A DNA stretch of 59,954 nt, from positions 1 through 59,954 of the IMG/VR virus record IMGVR_UViG_3300020724_000008, one strand, 5' to 3'. The position numbers and the translations under genes were made by a program. The notes beneath the pieces were generated by a model. The model made no database searches and was not told the origin of the DNA. It saw only the letters and a program-made list of their open reading frames with translations. How positions within the stretch are numbered: the first letter of the stretch is position 1; each line of letters opens with the position of its first letter. Shown piece after piece: positions 1 through 8,062 of this stretch. Origin of the DNA: a virus. Taxonomy: Duplodnaviria; Caudoviricetes.

Positions 1-1
1 G

Positions 2-106
2 GGTACTTTCACCGCTGGTACGATATCGTTTGCTGGTATGGTTTCCGAGCGTCCAGACTTCCAGACCGGGCCTGCTTACGCTGGCAACTTTACGGTCGGC
101 GCTTAA
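2..106 (+). CDS. 3' end of probable capsid cement protein (Bbp16-like), partial
   Basis: Frame 2 reads GTFTAGTISFAGMVSERPDFQTGPAYAGNFTVGA*, resembling cement C-termini; in circular order it follows the major capsid gene at the window end. Confidence 0.6.
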   Translation, partial: GTFTAGTISFAGMVSERPDFQTGPAYAGNFTVGA

Positions 107-116
107 TATCAACTCT

Positions 117-141
117 GGCCGCTGTGATTGTCACAGCGGCC
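117..141 (+). terminator. Stem-loop after capsid/cement genes
   Basis: Perfect 11-bp stem GGCCGCTGTGA-TTG-TCACAGCGGCC; weak U-tract. Confidence 0.55.
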
Positions 142-163
142 TTATCATCACAAGGGTAAATTT

Positions 164-823
164 ATGTCAAACGCTGTCACAGAAGATTTTTCTGATCTTC
201 AAGCTCAAGTGAAATATCTGAGCGAGCAACTTCGCGCGCTTCAGGGCCATGCTGAAATTGAATCGGAGTCTGAAAATCCGATTTATGAACTGCTTGCTGC
301 ATTTATGTCGCCTGACGATATTTATTATCCTGAAGGCGCACGTTTTGAAGATGTTACTGGCGGTCTAATTCCGCCGAATGAATTTATGGAACCAAAAAAC
401 GCAGCTGCCGAACGCTGTATGCGTGCTTGGCTTCGCACTTTGCCTTCGGCTCAGAAAACACCAGCATTCGAAAATATCATTGAAGCTGCAATGCAGATGC
501 GTCCTAAAGAAGGTGATGACGCACAATCATTGGCCGAATATCAGGGCAAAATTCTTCAACGCGCTCTTGAACTTCAATATCAGAAACAAGGCATTCTGCC
601 TCGTGATATGCCGGAATTGGATAACCTTAAATCGCCACAGCGAATTGGTAATGTTCCCGTCATGTCAAACACTCGCATTTCCGGCCAGTCGTCTTTTAAG
701 ACGCCAGCCAAAACAAAACTCCGCGCAGATCCGGTTTCTGCCGCAAATAAAGCGGCACCCGCAATTGCGACGAGCCGATCCGAACTTCTTGGCCGTCAAA
801 GCGGTATAGGCGTTCTTATTTAA
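164..823 (+). CDS. Hypothetical protein (head module)
   Basis: ATG 164 preceded by AAGGG; 219 aa ORF. Confidence 0.7.
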   Translation: MSNAVTEDFSDLQAQVKYLSEQLRALQGHAEIESESENPIYELLAAFMSPDDIYYPEGARFEDVTGGLIPPNEFMEPKNAAAERCMRAWLRTLPSAQKTPAFENIIEAAMQMRPKEGDDAQSLAEYQGKILQRALELQYQKQGILPRDMPELDNLKSPQRIGNVPVMSNTRISGQSSFKTPAKTKLRADPVSAANKAAPAIATSRSELLGRQSGIGVLI

Positions 824-847
824 TTCTAATCAGAAGATAGGTGTAAA

Positions 848-1522
848 ATGGCACTCTCAGGCTCCGAAATTCTCTATGTAGTTGGCCTTCAGCCTAATGG
901 TCAGCCTGCGGCTGTCTCCGAAATCACATCTGTTCAGGGTCTCGTTCAGGCTGGCGCTGCGGCTGGTCTGACTTCAGGCGCGCAGACTCAGTTCGGTTCA
1001 AGCACCGGCTATTTCTTGGAAGAAGGTAATCTATACCGTTTCGTATCTGGCACAGGCGTATCCCCTGCCGCAACAGGTAGTGATGTGGTTTTGGCCGTTT
1101 ACGCTCTGCCCGCCAGCGCGTTTGACATTGCTGGTCGCGGCCTATCCCTAACTGCAGTCGGCGCATTCGCGGCTACCAATAACAACAAAACAGCCAAGAT
1201 TATTTTTAACCCTGCAACGGCTGTTGTTGGTAGTACAGTTGGTGCTGGTGGCACGACTGTTGCAACCACCGGTGTATCTACCGGTAACAATGTTGGCTGG
1301 CAGCTTGCAACTAACATTTTCAAATATGGTGCGGCTGGCTCCAACACTCAGTATGCACAGGAAACCGCAACCATTGTCGGCACCACACATGGCGGCATGG
1401 GTTTGCCTTTGGCGACCACCGCTGTAGAAAGCGGCGCGATCCTGATTGCTGTCACTGGCAACGCAGCAACCGCAACTTCCGATATTCTGCTCAACTTTTT
1501 CGAAGTGAACGCAATGAACTGA
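848..1522 (+). CDS. Putative virion structural/decoration protein
   Basis: AGGTG RBS; A/G/T-rich beta-type composition; head module. Confidence 0.65.
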   Translation: MALSGSEILYVVGLQPNGQPAAVSEITSVQGLVQAGAAAGLTSGAQTQFGSSTGYFLEEGNLYRFVSGTGVSPAATGSDVVLAVYALPASAFDIAGRGLSLTAVGAFAATNNNKTAKIIFNPATAVVGSTVGAGGTTVATTGVSTGNNVGWQLATNIFKYGAAGSNTQYAQETATIVGTTHGGMGLPLATTAVESGAILIAVTGNAATATSDILLNFFEVNAMN

Positions 1523-1551
1523 GTCAAACGGCTCGTATTCGGGAGAATGAA

Positions 1552-1773
1552 ATGGCTAAGCGCGACAAAGCTGTTGAGCGATACGGCAAAAAGAAAGCGG
1601 CAGCCGCCAAGGCTGCCAAAGACGCCGCAGCTATGGCTGCTCAGGCTCAGGCGCAGAATGCTGCTGGCGGCGCTGATGGTGGTGCCCCTGCTGGTGCTCC
1701 TATGCCTGCTGGCGCTCCTGCCGGTCCCGGTATGACCGATCAGGCTCGTATGGCCGGCAGATACGGAGGTTGA
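1552..1773 (+). CDS. Small Ala/Gly/Lys-rich protein with RY motifs at both ends
   Basis: GGGAG RBS; KAVERYGKKK and MTDQARMAGRYGG. Confidence 0.6.
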   Translation: MAKRDKAVERYGKKKAAAAKAAKDAAAMAAQAQAQNAAGGADGGAPAGAPMPAGAPAGPGMTDQARMAGRYGG

Positions 1774-1774
1774 T

Positions 1775-1957
1775 ATGCCTTCAGTCAGCGGAAAACAACA
1801 TCGGCTTATGGAGGCGGTCGCTCACAATAAGAGTTTCGCCAAAAAAGTCGGTATCAAACAGTCTGTAGGTAAAGATTTCGCTGAAGCTGATAAGGGAAAA
1901 ACCTTCCCAAAATCGAACGAACAGCGTATGAAAGACCGATACGGTAAAAAGGATTGA
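1775..1957 (+). CDS. Small basic phage protein (MPSxSxKQHRLMEAVAH type)
   Basis: GGAGG RBS; recognisable N-terminus; C-terminal SNEQRMKDRYG. Confidence 0.7.
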   Translation: MPSVSGKQHRLMEAVAHNKSFAKKVGIKQSVGKDFAEADKGKTFPKSNEQRMKDRYGKKD

Positions 1958-1961
1958 TATT

Positions 1962-2312
1962 ATGGCTGGTGAAGATCGTTACAAACATCCTTCCAACACC
2001 AAGGGTACGGCCTCAAAAGTCATTGGTGCTGCCGAAGATCGCGCCAAAGAAACTGCCGGAAAACCTGCAATGAATGGTGAAGGCCCACATCCAGATCCCG
2101 GTCCTTCGGCTGGCCATGATGCAACTTGGGGTGAAGTGGCTGATCGTCACTCCCGCGAGCATAAAGAAATGGGCGAACGTCATGTCGGTGAAATGATTGA
2201 CACTCATGCGCGCCATGTTGATGAGCATCAGAAAATGATTGCACGTCACGGTGAAGAACTCAAAGCCATGCACTCCGAAAAAGACATCGGAACCAAGGGA
2301 GAAGAGCCTTGA
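1962..2312 (+). CDS. His-rich protein with 11-residue RHxxE repeats
   Basis: AAGGA RBS; RHSREH/RHVGEM/RHVDEH/RHGEEL periodicity. Confidence 0.65.
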   Translation: MAGEDRYKHPSNTKGTASKVIGAAEDRAKETAGKPAMNGEGPHPDPGPSAGHDATWGEVADRHSREHKEMGERHVGEMIDTHARHVDEHQKMIARHGEELKAMHSEKDIGTKGEEP

Positions 2313-2677
2313 AATCTTTCGTTCACATGGCCAAAACGCCAGATGAAGTCGAAGAGAAAAAGGAACGTATGACCACTGAACCGGTGGTTAATACCTACCC
2401 TTACGGTCTTTGCATTTCTTTGTGCGATGATGAGCTTGATAAACTCGGTGATATAAGTTGTGAAGTTGGCAGCATCGTCTCCTTTGACGCGATGGCCAAA
2501 GTCACGGCATATAGTCAGCATGAAGTTGAAGAGGATGGCAAGAAAACTCTTCGCCGCCGTGTTGAACTTCAAATCACACATCTCGGTGTCGAACAGGATG
2601 AGGACGAACAACCGCCATCCATGAGCAACGAAGATCGTATGAAAAGCCGATATACCACGGACTCCGATAAATATTAA
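2309..2677 (+). CDS. Capsid staple protein, epsilon15 gp10-like
   Basis: YPYGLCISL...LG...VG...AMAKV...VELQIT matches the gp10 pattern YPWGLRITL...VELQIT. Confidence 0.75.
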   Translation: MKSFVHMAKTPDEVEEKKERMTTEPVVNTYPYGLCISLCDDELDKLGDISCEVGSIVSFDAMAKVTAYSQHEVEEDGKKTLRRRVELQITHLGVEQDEDEQPPSMSNEDRMKSRYTTDSDKY

Positions 2678-2687
2678 GGGGTGGGCT

Positions 2688-3485
2688 GTGACTTCAGTAA
2701 TTGATGTTTGTAATCAGGCACTTGATCTGATCCGCGCTCGCGCGACTGTTACGAGCATCGACCCTAGTGATGGTTCGCTAGCCGCTAATATATTGTCGCG
2801 TCAATATCAAAATCGTATTGACGCGCTTTTTCGTGCAGCTCATTGGAACTGCGCTCGTTATCAATCCGGTCTTACTTTACTGAAAGCAGCGCGCGGCACT
2901 CCCGAAAACTTAAACGGAGTGACCCCTGTTCCGCCTATGCCTTGGGCATACGAATATGCTTGGCCGTCGCAACCTTATTGCTTGAAGCCTCGCTACATTG
3001 TTCCAATCTGGCCGGTGACGGCTGTAAACGCATCGAGCGTGCCTTTCACGACATCAGGCGGCACTATGATGACACCTTATAGTGGTGTCGAAGCGCCTTT
3101 CATAACGAGTAGTGATGTCGATGCAAACGGCAATCAAATTCGCGTTATTTTGACAAATGTGCCTCAAGCGCAGCTTGTTTACACCGCGCGCATTGACGAT
3201 CCCGATTTATGGGATTCAAATTTTCTTGATGCTGCCGTGGCGCTTTTAGCTTCATGGATATGCGAACCAATCACCGGCAACAATCAATTGGCCGCAAAAT
3301 CTGTTGCATTGGCCACTGAACTTGTTCGGCAGGCTCGAATGTCTGACGGTAATGAAGGCACAAGTGTTGTCGATAACACACCAGATTGGATTCAAATTCG
3401 CATGTCACGTCCAGTCGGCATGAATACCGCATCTGCATTGATCGGCTGGGATAGCTTGAGTATGCCGGGAGGCAGTGTTTTCTAA
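2688..3485 (+). CDS. Tail tubular protein A (adaptor)
   Basis: N-terminal IDVCNQAL, HWNCAR, WAYEYAWP, FLDAAVALLA; precedes nozzle gene. Confidence 0.8.
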   Translation: MTSVIDVCNQALDLIRARATVTSIDPSDGSLAANILSRQYQNRIDALFRAAHWNCARYQSGLTLLKAARGTPENLNGVTPVPPMPWAYEYAWPSQPYCLKPRYIVPIWPVTAVNASSVPFTTSGGTMMTPYSGVEAPFITSSDVDANGNQIRVILTNVPQAQLVYTARIDDPDLWDSNFLDAAVALLASWICEPITGNNQLAAKSVALATELVRQARMSDGNEGTSVVDNTPDWIQIRMSRPVGMNTASALIGWDSLSMPGGSVF

Positions 3486-6400
3486 TGTCGCAAACCACAG
3501 CTCGGCCATCATTCGCATCAGGTGAAATAAACCCCGCGTTTTGGGGTCGAACTGATCAAGCGAAATTTCATTCCGGTTGTTCCGTCATGCGGAACAGTTT
3601 TGTAAATTATCGCGGCGGTACGGCCTCGCGCGCCGGAACTGCATTTGTCGGCCCGTGTTTGCAAAACGGTACGGCTCTTCCGCCACGTTTAATTCCATTT
3701 CGCTTTTCAATTCAACAGTCTTATGTTCTTGAATTTGGCGATCAGTATATGCGTGTAATTTCACAAGGCGCGTATATCACTGAAACACCTTTAAATATAT
3801 TGGGTATTGCGAGCACTTGGCCTCTCGGAATGACATTGCCTCTTGACGCTTCCACATGGAAAGCTGGAGATATGTTTTATGTATCCGGGATGACCGGATT
3901 GTTGGCCTTAAACAATCTATATTTTGTCGTGCTGACAAATCCAGTCATTGTTGGTTCATCCTGCCTTGTTTCCGTTGCTGATATGTTTGGAAATTCCTAT
4001 AACGGTTTAAGCCTGTCCGGCTGGACTGGTGGTGGAACAGCGGCCAAAATTTATACGCAGACAACACCATACTCAGCTGTAGATTTACCGTTTTTAAAAT
4101 TTACGCAATCCGCAGACGTAATGAGTTTAACTTGCGTAAATCAGAATACTTTGACCGAATATCCGCCTTATGATTTGACACGTTATTCGTCAAATAATTG
4201 GGTATTTGTGCAGACAAATTATGCTTCATCAATTTTGCCGCCAACAGCGTGCACCGCCACTGCTTCGACTTTAACGCCAGTCACCAGCGGTCAGCAATTA
4301 CCGACAAAATACGCATATTGCGTTACCGCAGTTGATTCTATCACCGGCCAAGAAAGTGTTGCATCGCCTATTGCGTATGTTTTGAACTCTGTCGATATTG
4401 CATTGTATCTCGGTTCAATCACAATTAACTGGCCTCCGGTTAATGCCGCAGGATACTACAATATTTATAAAGCGCCTTCATCGTACAATACCGATGTTCC
4501 AATCGGAAGCGTATTTGGTTACGCCGGTACATCTTTTGGCAACCAATTTGTAGATTCAAACATCACGCAAGATTTTACACGCACCCCTCCAGTTCATGTA
4601 AATCCTTTTGCTCGCGGGATGATTTTAAATGCGGTTATCACCAGCCAAGGTTCAGGTTATACTCAGGCCACCGTTGGTGCAAATGTTATAACCAATACCG
4701 GATCTGGCGCGGTCATCACTCCGATCATTGTCGGCGGTGTGGTAGTTGATTGTATTGTGCAAAATTCCGGCGAAAATTATACAGCTGGAGATTCACTTGT
4801 TATTACTGATAGTGGTTCAGGGGCAGGTGCTGTTGCTTCACTGACAATCGGCCCGCAGACCGGCACATATCCGAGTGTTGTTTCATATTTTCAATCGCGT
4901 CGCGTGTATGCCAACTCATTAAATAACCCAGATGGGTATCAGATGAGCCAGACAGGCGCGTACACCAACATGGACGCAGCATCACCACCAATTGCAAGCG
5001 ATGCGATCTCCGGCAATCCTTGGGGCTTACAGGTCAATGGTATTCAATGGCTGCAACCAATGCCGGGCGGCTTAGTCGTTGGTACAGGGTTGGACGCTTG
5101 GCAGTTGTCAGGTGCAAACGGAAACGGAAGCGCCATTACGCCAGCAAGTCAAAGTGCAACGCCACAAGCATCAAATGGCTTTTCACAGACTGTGCCGCCT
5201 GTAAAAATCAATTACGACATTCTCCACCTACAGCCTTTAGGTTCTGTGGTCATTTCTTTGCAGTATAATTTCTTTGCACAGATTTATGCTGGTACAGACA
5301 TCAGCTTTTTATCAAGTCACCTTCTTGAAAATCATCAGATTAAAGAATGGGCTTGGGCAAAAGAACCCTACAAACTTTTGTGGGCGGTGCGTGATGACGG
5401 CAAAGCGTTGTCACTTACATATCTCAAAGAGCAAGAAATTAACGGATGGGCGAGACACGATACGAATGGCTTATTTCAGTCTGTTGTATCTATCGTTGAG
5501 CCACCAATCGACGCCATTTATTTCATAGTGAAAAGATATATCCGCGCATATTCAAAATGGGCTTACTATGTCGAGCGTATGGATAATCGTTTGTGGGTAA
5601 ATACTGAAGATCCGTGGTGCGTTGATTGCGGCCTTGCATCAATACAAGGCATACGAAATGCTAATTTATCGGCCAGTTCCGCGTCCGGTTCGGGAAGTGT
5701 CCTGACTGCATTCGTTATCAATGGTGGCACGGGATATTCAAACCCTAGTTTAATCATAACTGATCCGTCAGGATCTGGGCACGGTGCGATTGTTAAACTG
5801 CAAACTTCAGTCACTTCGGATTTTAATAGCGATTTCAACACAGATTTCGGCGGTAATGGCGCATTTGGCGGTTCGATAACAAGTGCCGTTGTTGTGAACG
5901 GCGGTTCTAGCTACAGCCGGATACAAGTAAAATTGCAAGACCCTACTGGCCATGGTGGTGCGGTTGGTTTGACGATTGATCGTTCCATAACTTTCACCGC
6001 AGATCAACCTGTATTTACTTCCGCCGATGTCGGCTCGGTAATTCGTATGAGCGGCGGTATCGGAACTGTGATTACATTCGTCAATGCTTTTCAAGTCATT
6101 TGCACGATGTCACAAAATATCACTCTAACTATTTCAAATGATCCTTATAACACGCCAGCACCCGCTCCTTATGGTGACTGGACAATAACAACTCCTTTAC
6201 AAACAATTACAAATCTTCAACACTTAGAAGGTTTGCAAGTGACTGCTTTAGCTGACGGAAATGTCGTGTCTGGTTTGACCGTAACAAATGGCACTGTAGA
6301 ATTGCCTAATCCCGCAACAGCTATAACAATTGGTTTGCCTTTTGTTGCACAAGTTCAAACTCTGCATTTGGATATAGCTGGCGGTCACACTACTATTCAA

Positions 6401-6745
6401 GGAAAACGTAAAAGAATTTCCGGTATGACTGTCCGTATGGATAAAAGTCGCGGAGTCTTTGCAGGTGCTAATCAACCTACAGCTTCGACGACACCGTATC
6501 AAGCCGAAACAATTTGGAATAATCTGCAAGAAATTAAAGAACGTGATGTTCCCTTAAACAACAGCCATGCAATTCCGCTATTCACTGGTGATCGTTATCT
6601 ACCGATTGATGATGATTGGAATATGCTTGATGGGGAAGCTAGTCCCGGTTTCTTGGCTGTGCAGCAAATAAATCCACTTCCTATGAATGTGCTTCTATTA
6701 GCACCGACATGGGAAAGTGGTGATTCAGACGATCAAGTGGGGTAA
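3485..6745 (+). CDS. Tail tubular protein B (nozzle)
   Basis: SFASGEINP start, RLIPFRFS..LEFGDQYMR, FTQSADV, YFQSRRVYA, GWARHDT; 1086 aa. Confidence 0.85.
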   Translation: MSQTTARPSFASGEINPAFWGRTDQAKFHSGCSVMRNSFVNYRGGTASRAGTAFVGPCLQNGTALPPRLIPFRFSIQQSYVLEFGDQYMRVISQGAYITETPLNILGIASTWPLGMTLPLDASTWKAGDMFYVSGMTGLLALNNLYFVVLTNPVIVGSSCLVSVADMFGNSYNGLSLSGWTGGGTAAKIYTQTTPYSAVDLPFLKFTQSADVMSLTCVNQNTLTEYPPYDLTRYSSNNWVFVQTNYASSILPPTACTATASTLTPVTSGQQLPTKYAYCVTAVDSITGQESVASPIAYVLNSVDIALYLGSITINWPPVNAAGYYNIYKAPSSYNTDVPIGSVFGYAGTSFGNQFVDSNITQDFTRTPPVHVNPFARGMILNAVITSQGSGYTQATVGANVITNTGSGAVITPIIVGGVVVDCIVQNSGENYTAGDSLVITDSGSGAGAVASLTIGPQTGTYPSVVSYFQSRRVYANSLNNPDGYQMSQTGAYTNMDAASPPIASDAISGNPWGLQVNGIQWLQPMPGGLVVGTGLDAWQLSGANGNGSAITPASQSATPQASNGFSQTVPPVKINYDILHLQPLGSVVISLQYNFFAQIYAGTDISFLSSHLLENHQIKEWAWAKEPYKLLWAVRDDGKALSLTYLKEQEINGWARHDTNGLFQSVVSIVEPPIDAIYFIVKRYIRAYSKWAYYVERMDNRLWVNTEDPWCVDCGLASIQGIRNANLSASSASGSGSVLTAFVINGGTGYSNPSLIITDPSGSGHGAIVKLQTSVTSDFNSDFNTDFGGNGAFGGSITSAVVVNGGSSYSRIQVKLQDPTGHGGAVGLTIDRSITFTADQPVFTSADVGSVIRMSGGIGTVITFVNAFQVICTMSQNITLTISNDPYNTPAPAPYGDWTITTPLQTITNLQHLEGLQVTALADGNVVSGLTVTNGTVELPNPATAITIGLPFVAQVQTLHLDIAGGHTTIQGKRKRISGMTVRMDKSRGVFAGANQPTASTTPYQAETIWNNLQEIKERDVPLNNSHAIPLFTGDRYLPIDDDWNMLDGEASPGFLAVQQINPLPMNVLLLAPTWESGDSDDQVG

Positions 6746-6749
6746 TATC

Positions 6750-6977
6750 ATGGCCGGTTGTGCAGAATGTCAAAATGCTGTTGTGGTGCGAGCCGAAAAA
6801 AACGGTGTGAGTGAATCACGATTAACTTGTCATTATTCACCTTGGACGGTGGAAAGAGAAATTGACGGTGAATTAAGATTTATCGTAGTATGGCCGGAGG
6901 TCACGGCCAATGATATTTGTCGGCAGTGGCTGCACCGTTTAAGCCCAATTGTCGATGAACGAGAACTTCATGCTTGA
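6750..6977 (+). CDS. Small Cys-containing hypothetical protein
   Basis: GGGG RBS; CxxC...C...WPEV...CRQW. Confidence 0.55.
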   Translation: MAGCAECQNAVVVRAEKNGVSESRLTCHYSPWTVEREIDGELRFIVVWPEVTANDICRQWLHRLSPIVDERELHA

Positions 6978-7431
6978 TCCAAGAATACATATTGTACCAG
7001 CAACAGGTGAACACGCTGTAATACTGGCCAATAATTTAAGAGATGGCGATCGGCGTGAAATTGAAGTATGCGGATTAACACCAAAACGAGCAATTTGGAA
7101 AAGCCTTCGCAATAGTTTATATGCTGATGCAGTTTTTGTAGATGGTGATCTAGCCCTTATGTTTGGGTTGTGCAGTAGTTATATCGGCCATACAGGTTAT
7201 CCTTGGTTATTGACTACGCCTGCGGTTGCTAGAATGCCGATTGCTTTCATTAAAGTTGGGCGACAGCAAGTTCAAAAGATGCTAGAATGGCGTCCACAGT
7301 TAATTGGTTATGTTGATGCGTCGTATGGTGGCGCTTGCAGTTTTTTAATTGCTTGCGGCTTTAAACTCGACGAGCCAGAACCTTTTGGTATAAATAATGC
7401 ACCTTTTCGGCGCTATCACATAGGATTATAA
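6970..7431 (+). CDS. T7 gp13-like/DUF2833 GNAT-fold virion assembly protein
   Basis: LRDGDRREI, PWLLTT, L.GYVD, FL..CGF; position between nozzle and ejection genes. Confidence 0.75.
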   Translation: MLDPRIHIVPATGEHAVILANNLRDGDRREIEVCGLTPKRAIWKSLRNSLYADAVFVDGDLALMFGLCSSYIGHTGYPWLLTTPAVARMPIAFIKVGRQQVQKMLEWRPQLIGYVDASYGGACSFLIACGFKLDEPEPFGINNAPFRRYHIGL

Positions 7432-7432
7432 C

Positions 7433-8041
7433 ATGGGCTTTGCTATGCTTGGCACATTGATTTCCGCAGGCAGCTCAATTATGGGCGGTATTGCTTCGTC
7501 CAATGCTGCGGATTATCAAGCTCAAATTGCCCGAAATAATGCGATTGTCGCGCAGCAAAATGCACAATGGACAAGTCAAGCTGGTGATATTCAAGCAACC
7601 AATGTAGGTCTGAAAAGTCGCGAAGAAATTGCACAATATAAAGCTGGTACTGCGGCGAAAGGTATTGATGTCAATACTGGGTCTGTAAAGGATGTTGAGG
7701 CTGGTGCAACTCAAAATGCAAATACAAATGTTCAAACAACTCAATCAAATGCCGAAAAACAAGCCTATGGATATATCACGCAGCAAAAAAGTTATTTGGA
7801 TCAGGCCAGTGCTCTTGAATCACAAGCATCTTTCGATATTTTCGGTGGTATTCTTGGCGCTGCTGGAAGTTTGGCTGGCGGTATTGGTAATTTTGGCAGT
7901 ATGGGTTCCTCTTTAGCAAGCGGCGCATCCAGTATTGGTAATTTATTTGCACCCGGGCAAGTCAATACACCTAATCTTGGCTCCTATCTGTTTGGAACTC
8001 AACAAGCTAATTTTGGGTTCGCCGGCGGTGGCCAAGTTTAA
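7433..8041 (+). CDS. Ejection protein, T7 gp14-like
   Basis: Gly/Ala/Gln-rich with hydrophobic ends and GIDVNTGS motif; synteny. Confidence 0.75.
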   Translation: MGFAMLGTLISAGSSIMGGIASSNAADYQAQIARNNAIVAQQNAQWTSQAGDIQATNVGLKSREEIAQYKAGTAAKGIDVNTGSVKDVEAGATQNANTNVQTTQSNAEKQAYGYITQQKSYLDQASALESQASFDIFGGILGAAGSLAGGIGNFGSMGSSLASGASSIGNLFAPGQVNTPNLGSYLFGTQQANFGFAGGGQV

Positions 8042-8062
8042 CAGTCATAGGTCTTATTAAAA

